From Tubulanus polymorphus (lineage: Eukaryota; Animalia; Nemertea): a DNA stretch of 64,000 bases. This document shows, in pieces, positions 34,001-45,786 of this stretch (position 1 is its first letter; each line of letters opens with the position of its first letter). Made by a program: the position numbers and the translations under genes. A model generated the notes under the pieces. It was not told the origin of the DNA. It saw nothing but the letters and a program-made list of their open reading frames with translations, and ran no database searches. Location: positions 23,912,299 through 23,976,298 of the forward strand of contig NC_134025.1 in the NCBI RefSeq assembly GCF_964204645.1, in the 5' to 3' direction.

Positions 34001-36081
34001 GTTTGAAAAGTTTCAATCGTGTTGCGGTTCACATTTCTCATGGATTTCTTAAAAATCGTTTTCAGGTATCAAGCCATTTGTCTGCCTAATTTGCCACACA
34101 ACTTTCACACGGCAACATAGTCTGAATTATCACATGTTGATACACAATAATCAAAGTCGATTTATGTGTCAAGATTGTGGGCGAAAATTTCGGCATCCGA
34201 GCCACTTCAAGGTGAGACTTATAGTAATCAATTTAATTGCAATGTATTTTGCTTCAGTGTTCCTTTACTGGGTATCTTAGGTAATCGTTATTTCTATTCT
34301 TTTCGCAGGAACATATTCGTCGTCACACAGGAGAAACGCCATTCCTGTGTACTGACTGTCCGATGAAATTCAAAACAAGGAACACTTATAAACGGCACTT
34401 GCGTACAAGGCACGGGAAATTGTTGACAGCAGCTGGCATTCATATAATGTCTGCCGAGGAGTTCAAAAAACATCGTACGAAGCCGTATCGCCAGCGCCGG
34501 CCCATGCCTTTCAATCCAACGCTGAAAGGCAGTTACAGCGAAGTTGAGTCGATTACTTCAGATCAAGCAGACGACGACGTTCAAGTAGAAGATGAAGAGG
34601 TGAAGAGAATACTGGAGACTGAATCGACTTCGACAACGACGACAAGTTCTGGCGTGAGAACCGTGAAAAAAACAATTCTGAAAGATGGAACTGTGGCCGT
34701 TCTGAAACAAAAACAAGAGGAAAAGAGATCGGCCAAACGAGGCAAACTAACGATAGCAGCTTTGACAGCTGCCGCAGCTGCATCGGCATCGACAGCGTCT
34801 AATAATAATACTCCGGCTGTCGTTCCAATTTCTAAGAAATCAAACATTTCCTCAGCTGTGTATCTGCCGATAGTTGCTGCCTCTGATAGCAGGACTATTC
34901 CAACAACTGTTGCGACTCAATACATCGTTACACCTATTCCAAATATACTACCTTCCGGACCTGCTGCGCAAGGACTCGTTCAACATGGGTTTATTCCCCA
35001 GACGTTTGTGAGTTCCCAGGAGCAATTGCTTAACTCGAATACCTCTACCTCGTCTACTACCGCTTCCATAGCGCAGAATCAATACGCCAGTCCCGCTTTA
35101 GTACAGGCTGCTGAAGAATTTTGTAAACAGAGAAATTTGGTAGTTGCCTCCAGTGCAAGTGATGGCAGTACGATACAGAATGTGTCAATCAATCAGAGTG
35201 CTGAGGGCTTGGTGTACCAAACGCAGAATAGGAATATCACGCTTGATCAGACACAGCAAAATATTCTGCCAGTTCAAACTGCGGGACAACAAACAGTTCC
35301 GTTAATTCTCAATACCCAGCATGTCTCGCAACAGCTAACGCCCTTGTTGCTCCAAGCAAACACAACTCAAAGCGGTTTGACGATACAAAATCCCAGCGGT
35401 GGAACGCAGTTATTATTCCGTCAAGCTGCATCACAGGCCACAACACAGACTCCGTCTCCAGTTGTACTCCAACAAACGCCGACTGGGCCGCAAGGGAACC
35501 AGTTGCTGGTGCAACAAGCAACTTTACCGCAAGGAACTGTTCCAATATTGCTTCAACAGCAAGCAAATACTGGTAAGCTCGGTGCACCAAATATTGCAAC
35601 TTTGCAGTTAAGAAACCCATTAACCCGTTTGCCTCAAACCAGCACTCCAATCCAAACACTGATTCGTGGCACCGTGCTGACAAATGTTTCTGGTAATCCT
35701 GTTGCTAGTGTTAACCCTAATATTCAACCCTTACTGCAAGTAAATGTTCAGCCTCGTGACAATATTCTCGGAACGACGCATAATGCTTCTAATGCAACAT
35801 CCATAATGCAACCTATCACTTTAAATTTGAATCCTATAAATGCAACTGCTAAAGTCATACAGCCTCAAATAACGAATATGAACCTGACAAATAATCGTGG
35901 ATTTCCGTACGTGCATACTGTGGGTATATTTCCATCTCAGCAGCAAACTATGCCAGGTACGTGCAACTCTGTGCAACCTGGCCAGCCAATCATTCAGCAA
36001 CCTGGTACAACTCAGGTTGTTCCATCCATGCCAGTCGTTTTACCAAGCATTTCATCTGTATTGCCATCAGGTCCGACCTGA
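31032..36081 (+). CDS. C2H2 zinc-finger transcription factor with a long Q/T/P-rich C-terminal region, multi-exon
   Basis: Start context CAAAATGGCGG, and exon 1 splices in frame to 31769. Four tandem fingers: CKICKDKTFTAAATLMYHYRSH, CLICHTTFTRQHSLNYHMLIH, CQDCGRKFRHPSHFKEHIRRH and CTDCPMKFKTRNTYKRHLRTRH, with GIKPF and TGETPF linkers. Low-complexity last exon to the TGA at 36081. Confidence 0.9.
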
Positions 36082-38523
36082 ATATAAGATATAGAATTGT
36101 GTATAATCTGCTTGTGTCATTTCAAAATCTTTCCATAAGAATTGTTTTAGTCAATTACTACATGTAAAAAGATTTTTGCAGTTGGCGTTTATAGGCTGTA
36201 TGTATTAAGATATACACTATCTTGTATTTAAGTAGGCTTAATGTGATAATGGAAACCACCCTAGTTTAAGTGATTTATTTGTTATATGTAATTATCATGT
36301 ATTCTTCTAGGAATATTCACAGCGTTATTTCCGATTATGAATGAAAACTAACTTTGTTATAGAAAAAGGGAAACAGTTTTCTTCTGCGAAGGTTGGAAGA
36401 TATACAGTATTGTGTTTTATGTTGTGTTTCCTCTATTCATTGCAGGATAGGCCAATGAATTGTGTTCGTTTATAGTATCTGTAATTTTGTTGATTTGGTG
36501 GGCAATTTATTTTTTGTAAATAGTTTATTTACGAAAAATTTCGATTCCATTCAATTTTGGAGGTTTGCAATTCGCATATTGTCTATAAGTTCGTCATGTT
36601 AGATAATTAGAAATTTTCTTCCCTGATTCATGAAATCGTCCATCCATCAATATTTGGTTTAATTTTAAATACAAAGTAACTGTGATATACATGTATCTAA
36701 AGAGTGACTGATATTGCTGTATCTGGTGCTGATATATTGTAAATATGAAGTGTAAATTAGGAAGTTGTGTAAATTAGCAGAGTACGAAACAGATCTTTAT
36801 TTTTACATTCTCTGTAGCATATGAAAGAATATACACTTTAATCGTGACTTTATTCTATGTTTAAAATTTCTATTGATCAGAATTATGTGTTAATGTAATG
36901 TTTAGTGTAACATTTATGATGCTAATAATGATTGATTGTATAATGTATAGTTATGATTATATTGGGGCACCAAGTCTATATTATGTAAATAATACAAAAT
37001 CACGTAACTTGATAAATGATTGTATTGTTAATTATAAAAAATTGCTTTCACAAATAAAAATAAAGATAATGGTATTCAATTCGTTTGTCTTCTGTTGTCT
37101 TGTCAATCTCATTAATAACTGGAATCTTAAGCTGGAATGTAACTGCGTTGTTGTTCCAAAACATGTTCATTTCATCGGAGGTGGATTTCCTGGACTCTTA
37201 AGTCTCCTCAATCAATGTTCTGGTTACCACTATGTGCCAAAACTGTAAGACCGCATCATTTGAGAGCAACTGAGAAAAAGTAAATATTCAAAGGAAGCAC
37301 TTGATCTACAAAAATAATTTCAGTACTTTATTATTTCTTAAATAATTTTGAAACTTTCTAAACAAGCGGATATAACTGTCAGGACTCTGACGAGGAATGC
37401 AGTAAAATTGAACTCGCAAAATAAATCTTAATATTTCTGTGATCAGTATAATCACTAACTATTGGCAAACTAAGTAAAGTAGAATTAAGTAAGTGTTAGC
37501 TAGATGCTTGGAGAACAAACGCTATAACATTGGTAGAAAAAGATAATCCAACTACGAATAGGTAAAGAGATATTGTCAATACCGTATTACTTATGACTAG
37601 AATGAAAAAATGTTACTGGATCAATAGTACAAAACGTTTTAAGAGATCAGTCATAAAATAAGTTCGGACTATATAAACTTTTTATGGTCCATGATAAAAT
37701 AACTGGTAAAAGTGATCAAATATATCAATTGCAATAGTGAATATTTCAATAATTTCTTTCTGTATAAAAAAACTTTATTTTACACGATGTGTTGCCTATT
37801 TTCTTTAATTTCTGACACCCGAATAAATCAAGCCTTGATATAAAATATTACCCTAGCTTTGGCCACTCAAGGTTTACCTAGTGTTGGAACACTGATATAC
37901 ATGTACTGGAAATAAGTCGACGATTGAAATTGTTTAGATCCCAAGACATGAGGCAGTGTTCTTTTTATCAAGAAATAATATATCTTATGGAATGTTTCAC
38001 GATATCTATGGAATATGCTAAACAATACCGTGGTATATCCATATTTGAAATAAATCTCCATATATTTCAATGTTTCAAACTCTAGTAAAAGGATGGACTT
38101 CAGTGGACTCTCAATATATGACTGGAGTTTAGATGAAATAATCAGTTTATCATAATGAGGTTCCACTGTAGTACTTATGACCTTAATAAAAGCAAACATG
38201 AATCAAAAATATACCCAAAGCAATTAACTTGATTTACAATGATTTGTTCAATTCATCCCTACCCTGCGTCACCCAACCAAATATGATCAAACAATATATA
38301 ACATATACAAACTGTAACAACATAGAAAACAAAAACCAACATACATCTAATGTAGACAAAGAAAGTGACGGTGTATCTGTCAATGACAATGCAGATGTAA
38401 ATAAAAATGTCCAGAACACCTAGGTCACTTTCCTTGTACCAACAGGTTAACGCCATGTAATATAAAAAACATGGCCTTGGAACTTCAATGAAATATTACT
38501 TAGCATAATACATATCAGCGAGT

Positions 38524-38612
38524 ACCCGATACAAGTTCATTACGTGATAAAAATTACTGATTGAAAAAACCCGATACAAGTTCATCACATGATAAAAATT
38601 ACTGATTGAAAA
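38524..38612. repeat. Tandem duplication of a unit of about 45 bp
   Basis: ACCCGATACAAGTTCATTACGTGATAAAAATTACTGATTGAAAA occurs twice with 2 substitutions, downstream of the LRR gene stop. Confidence 0.9.
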
Positions 38613-38744
38613 GACTACCACAGCAAATTTACTAATAATCTTATTCTCTTGATAGGAAATATTTGTCAATTTTAAGTGCTCATTAAAATGTATATCTGGT
38701 CATATTTTCTGTTAAGATTGATTAAAAGGTAGTACCGATGGTAA

Positions 38745-41700
38745 TCAATAACTGGGAATGGTCAACATTTGACAATTAGGGGATAGATTAGGTGAACAGA
38801 TATGTTGGTATAGGGGCAGTTTCTGACCCCCGTTCCATAACGAATAGAAGTCTATTTGTGACTTGAAGTGATGAAAGAAAACTCCTTCACAGCTGTCACA
38901 CGACTGATATGTCCTCAATAAAGCTGAAATGAAATAAAAAAACGGTGAATATAAACATTTCTGAATTGATTGAATACCATAAACGATTGCAAATTTTGTT
39001 GCCATTAATATGATCCATTTACCGCTTAGACAATTTGGAAGTGTTTCCAGTTTCCAGGATACATGTTTTTCGATGACAGTACGTGCTGCTAGTTCGAACA
39101 GATTTGGTATGCAGCAAGGAGGATTTGATGTAAGTGATGTGATTTTCTCTGTGTCCAACTCTGTGATGAATGGGTTCATTTTAACTGAAATCAAAATACC
39201 CAGTACTTTAGATTAGGGGGCAACTAGTAGAGAGATTGCTACGTGTACTGGTTAGTACAGGGTGGCCACTTCTATTTAACCTGCTTTTTCCCCCAACTAT
39301 TCCCTGATGTGCATGTTGTTTTCCCTGACTTGATCTGCTAAGAATCCAATCAATTAACTTAGTTAAATATGTAAAACATAGACCGAAACTGTTTGATTTT
39401 ACGCGCGATCTAGCAACTAATTTCAACAAATTTCCCTGATTTTCAGCTTTTTTACAATATCTCCTGACTGAAGAAAAGAAAATTCCCTTACTTTTCCCTG
39501 ATTTCCAGGTAAATGGCCAGCCTGTAGTAGATTTTATCAAACTTGAAGAAAATTTGAAATTAATTTACCATTCATCACACAAAATCCAAGGCAATATAGA
39601 GAAGCAGGTAGATAAGAAAGCTGGTTGTCATTCACGCGTAATTCATTCAGCTGATGCAGTCTACCGATTGATCCAGGTAAGACAGTAAGACTGAAAAATA
39701 AAGTAAATATATTGCCCCCTTGAGTAATAAATAAATGGCAGGAGTTTCCCGTACTCCTTCAATCTATAGTAGATATACTGGTATACCTGTTTGAGGCAGC
39801 AAGGAGTTTGACTAGAGCTCTACAATCACAGATTGACGCGGGTAAATGCTTTAAAATGTTATCAGACACGTTCAAATCCTGTAATCTCACTAGATTTCCA
39901 ATCATTTCCGGTAACGCGCTCAAATTATTTTCAGCAACACTGAAAATCTAGAAAGAAAAATGCAACGTAAAACATGATGACAATAATCATGACGATGAAA
40001 TGTATGTTAAGAATTAAAATGGTACCTTGAGATTGATTAGGTCACAAAATTCATCAGGAACTGCCTGCAGATTATTGTGTCTATAACGAAATGCAAAGAT
40101 CATATATTTGTATTTTACAATTGTTCAAATTCCATGATGATTACTTACTCTAATATCAATACTTCTAGATTTTTCAGTTTACCCACTGATTGAGGTAAAC
40201 CTTCCAGGAAGTTGTCCTGCAGGTCGAGAAATCGTAAATCTTCAAGGCAACCGATTGAACCTGAATTAAATGATTAAGTGATTGCTTTATTCCAGGGCTC
40301 CATATTCATTTAACACTTCACTTTAAGCTCGAGTCAATCATTCAGGGCTTATTCTAATGCCAGCCTATAATACCTCAAGACAGATATCAACTTCTCATTA
40401 AACCCATTCAAAATTGAAAATGTGCATCCAGTATAGGCATAAAATCAAATAAGGTAGTGTCACTTACTTGGTAACGAACACAAAAGATTCCTTTTCAAAC
40501 TCAAGTCTTTCAACTTTGTTAGAGTACCAATGCTTTCCTATAAGGAGTACAGTACAGTTTATCAATACCTAAATCAGTATTGAGCTACCGATGCATCTGA
40601 TCAAATAAATAAGCAAGCGATACTTACTGGTAATGTCTTAATGCTGTTCTGATGTAAATACAATTCTTCCAATCCTCTCAAGAATCCAATCTCTTGCGGT
40701 AAGCCAACTAACTTATTACACGACAGGTTCAGTGTAACTAAATGAGCACCAATATAGCCTAATCTTTCTGGGCAAGACTTCAAGTCTAAACAACTGCAAC
40801 AGAATCAGACACCATAATTACATAGTGAGCTCAATTCACTTGATAAATTCTAGAACTCTTTACTGCTAGATAATCAATTATCTGGATTGTTCAGTTCCAT
40901 TAAATGTTGAGTGTAGGGTCAAACTATCGGTACCTTAAATCAATCTCCGTTGGTTTATCCACCTGTAAAGTATCTACAGACTTCTGCGTTTTAAACTTGA
41001 ACTGTCGGTGATATAAACAAGTTATTGGGCTGTTACAGCAGCATTTCAAACAAAGAATATAGCGACAACCTTTACACGAATTGTTCACGTTGCACCTGAA
41101 AATAATCATGAAGAAGCTTCATATAGAATCCCACACTAAGAATGTGAAAATAGAGACATGTTTCCTTGAGCGAGTACTGGTAGTTTATTCAACATTTCAA
41201 CCAGAAATGTTGATCTTCAGAAATACTGAACTTTCAATCAGTGCAGGATTTTATATCATCATTACTAAACGGACAGGGCCGACTCTTATTATCAATCTGG
41301 ACACGTCCGGATGTCTCCAATTTGACTCTTTTATCAATCAAGTGTTCGTCCAGAGGTCTCCAGACTCTCCACTGGTGATGTAGTTTAGTTTAGTGGAGTG
41401 GAGCCATGCGGTTAAGAAGATAGAAGTTCAGCATAGCATTAACAGGCAACCAGTCTAGGCTCAGCAACCAGTCTATTAAGTGATAGCACAGTCGTTCTCC
41501 GATTGTACTCTTTTTCACCGAAATCGCCAGATCATCCGGATATCAATCCGGACATGATAATAGAGTCGGCCCACAGAGTGAATCATCATCAATAGTAATG
41601 AACAAACTTAGTCTATCGTCTACTTCATAGATTTTCAGTAGTGTAAAAAGATATTTTTCACATAAATACGCAATGTCTATTTACCTGATACAGGGTACCT

Positions 41701-42121
41701 CGCAATCATTGCCCAGAGAACTAGCAGCTGGGGCAGATTTTTGACGCTTCATTTTTCTATTCGATTTGCTTTGAATCTGCGGAAAGAGTAGAGTGTTTTT
41801 TCATAAAGCTTGAACAATTCAGATTAGGCCTATATTTTCATGGGAATAATATCGATAGATTCTACATACAGCAGAAATTTTTTTCAGATGAAAATTCATC
41901 ATCGATGTATGGGCACTAGAGGGTGAGGCTGCGTTGTGTTTATTGGTTCGCCCTCGGCCGCTTCCAGATATGACGCTTACAACTAGCCATACAATGCTAC
42001 AGCACAATGAACTGGTTATCGCTAATGCTAAAGCAGTCGCCTTCACATCGCCGAAAACGAAAAATTCTTGGACCCAGGTAAAGAACCTTTTCGACAACTG
42101 GTTCTGAGACTGTTGAGACAT
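38745..42121 (-). CDS. Leucine-rich repeat protein with N-terminal hydrophobic helix, Cys-rich finger and LRRC58-like C-terminus
   Basis: LRR exons include LVTLNLSCNKLVGLPQEIGFLRGLEELYLHQNSIKTLP and LRFLDLQDNFLEGLPQSVGKLKNLEVL. The C-terminus reads PNLFELAARTV...CDSCEGVFF...KLPLYQHICSP. The 5' exons join in frame through canonical GT-AG sites from the ATG at 42121; an alternative ATG lies at about 41751. Confidence 0.8.
39258..39524. mobile_element. MITE in an LRR gene intron
   Basis: TIRs CAGGGTGGCCA and TGGCCAGCCTG (10/11 match), flanked by TAGTA on both sides (5-bp TSD). Internal TTCCCTGA motifs are repeated. Confidence 0.75.
41276..41572. mobile_element. MITE with PIF/Harbinger-like ends in an LRR gene intron
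   Basis: GGGCCGACTCTTATTATCA ... TGATAATAGAGTCGGCCC inverted termini, with ACA on both flanks (3-bp TSD). Confidence 0.75.
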
Positions 42122-44168
42122 TGTTCCCGTGGTTTTTTTTCTATATATTTTGATCTGAAATGGATAAAAGTGTGTTTGATGGGAGAAGCAGATCTGCCAG
42201 TCTATAATGCATTTTTGAAACCGGCTCGATTTTAAGGAAACGCAGAAATATCAATGGCATTCAGCAGATACGCTACTCTTAAGATTAACAGTAACTGATT
42301 CAGTACATTGACTTGACAAGAGAAAAATTTCAGGTATGCTTATTCATCTTTCATTACATGTCTAATAAAGTTGAGTAGGGTAGGCCTGGCTATCCAGGGC
42401 AGTGGACTTGTAAGAAGACTGGAACGTTTTGGTAGTGTTTTGTCTGTTAGAGGGATAGGCTGTATTAATAGCGATCAAGATTTCTATGCGCAGTCTTTCT
42501 CTTCTCTTTTAACACAGACGCGCACGCTCCAAAAAATACTCGCGAATGCGAGAGTGCTTAGTCAGTGCTGGAATATATTTTGAATGAATTGTATTTGTAA
42601 TGTATGAATTGAATGACGAGAGGAGAGGGAACACTGTCACTGGGAGGTCATTTTGCAGATACTCACACAAGGATTGTTTTTCTTTAATAGATTACATCCC
42701 TGTGCAGACAGGAGAGTTTGCACTGTCTGTTATGCTGCTGTCGATGAGATATAATGATGATAATTTTGGGCCTGAATTTACGAAATAATTCGCGAGAAAT
42801 ATTTTTTCGCTAATATGCCCGCATGACCTCGAGAATCGCGCGATGGAGGCGCTATTATGAAACACGCATGCCAGAGTCCATTCAAATTAAATACAGTAAC
42901 TTTATTGCTCCACATTATCCGGAAAACAAATAACAGATACAAATGTATACAGTGAGAAAACAAAAGAAGGCATTCTTTTTCGCACCACAAAGTACACTTG
43001 TGCAATTCGTGTTCACCTTTTTTTGATAAAAGTATGCGACTGTAATATCAGAACTTCTCGTACTGGCAGCTTCTTCCATAGTAGGATCCGAAACAATATG
43101 ATCTAAACAAGGAAATAAGGCTTCTTTTTAAGATTAAACATATAATAAGAACAAATCAGATTTGTATCATTGAAGTTAAAAACGTCTTGGTATACTCCAA
43201 CTCCATAATTATTGTTTTAAAAAAGGTCAAGAAATAGGTGTCACATATCCTGTCAAACCTATATTGGATCGAGAACCATAATAATTGTTCAGATCGCCGG
43301 ACTTGATTAGGATTCCGGTACTTGATTTTATTTAGTAGGACCGTTAGAAATTTAGAAAAAAAAATTGTTAAGAAATGTCGAGATCGTAACTCATACATGA
43401 AATCAATTATGCTGGTAACGGCCCACATTTATGTTTCCCATTTATATTTATTCAAAATCAAACTTTGTTCAAACAACCTGTTTTATAGGTAATTTTATGT
43501 ATTCATCTGTTCTCTGTTTCTATCAAATAGATAAACTTGAACTGGGAGTTCGTTGGAATATAACCCCAGTTTCCTATTGGAAAACCCCCCACTGGAGATT
43601 AAAAATGTATTCAATACGAAACTAATAAATAAGCGCCGATGCACATTATTTTATCGTCAAATCAATTTCGGTCTATGATAATTAGTTGATTCCCTGTTAA
43701 TTTGGCTGATTGTTATTTCACATTACTTGATCAGTCGGCGCTATTGAGTTGATACCAACCGGCTGTGTGACCCACATAGAAATAGTTGGAACATTAGTCT
43801 AAATGGCTGTCTCTTTTGTGCGTGTCGCGCTGAATGTATTATCATGTAGATTTGTCGAGTCAGCCAATAAAAGCAAAGCTTCGTTCCGCCATTGTCGTTG
43901 ACTCAATCATTAGTCGGGTCGAAACTCGTTTTGGAAGTCGTAGATTTTAACGAAATATGACAATTCTATCCGAATATGTGGACATAATTTCGTCGTTTTA
44001 ATACCATCTTTTAGGGATTTACAACTACGACAAAAGACGTGGAATAATCTAGTTGTGGATATCGTTAATTCTGTGTCACATCCTGCATTTGGTCAGGAAT
44101 TTCAAATATACATAATAAATTGGTTAGTGTTTACACCATTATAGGTGTGGTGAACTTCTCATTTCGTA

Positions 44169-45786
44169 ATGGATAACGTAGCTTATAATAACGAACATCA
44201 AGGGTATGCCGAAGGAGGAGCTGATGAGCACGCAAATTATTACAACCAACAACAACAATATGGCCAACAGTACGGTGGATATTACGGTGGCCAAGGTGGG
44301 CATTATAACGGAGGCCACTATGCCCCGAATCCGAATTATAACCGCCAATATAGCAGCGGGCCGTCATATGGTGGTTCAAAACATTCCCTGGCTAGTGCCA
44401 GGGATACGAAAAGTATGATAAGCACTACTAGCACCAGAACTGTACAAGCGCAGTATCGGGACCACCGCGCCCAGAAAAAAATTAATTCATGGTACTTCGG
44501 GCCGGGAAAACGTCAAATGCATATAGCTATCGGTTTGATAGTAGCCGCTCTGGTATGTCTGCTGATATTTGGAACACTGATGGGTCTGTGGCGACACGCG
44601 AGACTGCACTGGTCCGAACGCGTGGAATTCGTTCCTTATCTATTCCTTATATTAGCCCTACTTCTATTTGGAGTTGCTGGCCGTTTCGTTTGGGAGGCAA
44701 GAAAACAGAGTACATTGGCGAGAAGAAACGTAGCTGTAAGTATGAGATGGATCTTCCATTAGATCTCGGGTTTGTTGTCACACAGGCCAGTCTAATTCTA
44801 TAAAAGAAACTCCCTCATCTTAAGTTTATTGGAGTTAGTAAAAATAGTATGAATCCTCTGATTTACGTTATTTTGCAAATAACCCATATAAACAAATGAT
44901 CATTTTTGGCCAATAATGAGTTGAAATACTCAAGTCCATTGCCTCAAGTACCAGAGCACGTAATTGTTGCCGGGTCCGTATGGAGTATCTCACACGCTGC
45001 GATGACTAACACTTTTCTCAGGGAACATAAGTGGCTCCCGCGATGAATAACTACCGGATCGCGATACTTCCGCTTCTTTTCATCAAAATCTATCCAACGA
45101 TCGTCTAGTGCTAGAAACATTACGATAACTGGGGGACATTTTCGTAGATAATGCGATCCCACGAAATTGCCATGCGTTGAATAAAATGCTTGGACACAAA
45201 ATGTTTGAAGGAAATTGGTTTCGGTTTCGTACCAGCTGCTACCAATTCGTTCAATAATTTAGTTCTCATAAATTGCCTCCCCTTCCCTCTTCATGGTTGG
45301 ATTGTTTTTACCCGTGAAGGGCTAGGATCTCATGAAATGAATATATGTTGTATCTACTTTACAGTACAAAGCTGACGGCGCTGACAATGTGCGCGTGGTT
45401 GACAAGAAAGAAGCCAGCGCTCGAAGCCAGTAAGTTAAATAAAATTTAAAAAGATTATATACGCGAATGTCTGATTAAATATAACCTCTTTCTCGCCTAT
45501 CAATCGGCAATCTTTACCATGTTTGCCTTTCGACGAATGTATAGCCACACATCGAAATTTACATTTCGAAAATTATTTTTACAGGGAGAACTTAAGAAGT
45601 GGGACATACAGCCAGAAGGCTGTGGGAAGCACGCCGAATACTACGCTGAATTCGATCGCCTTGTCGATGGACCGGTCGTACATGAACCGTACGATGGACC
45701 GTTCGACGACCAAGTCGCTACCGTCGCTCGACCGATCCTACGCCGGGGACGAAGATGCCGATAGTCGTCGCGGAGACGTATTCTAG
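44169..45786 (+). CDS. Uncharacterised two-transmembrane protein, 3 coding exons (44169-44735, 45365-45429, 45584-45786)
   Basis: G/Y/Q/N-rich N-terminus and two hydrophobic helices (IAIGLIVAALVCLLIFGTLMGLW; FVPYLFLILALLLFGVAGRFVW). GTAAGT donors and CAG acceptors join the exons in frame to ...RRGDVF*. Confidence 0.8.

Noticed and set aside
34363-36081. Stand-alone 572-aa Q/T-rich gene
   Set aside because: Its first Met falls inside the fourth zinc finger. It is the last exon of the zinc-finger gene.
36100-38500. ORFs of 60-116 aa between the zinc-finger and LRR genes, and similar ones at 46000-48700
   Set aside because: AT-rich UTR or intergenic sequence with biased composition and no exon chain or motifs.
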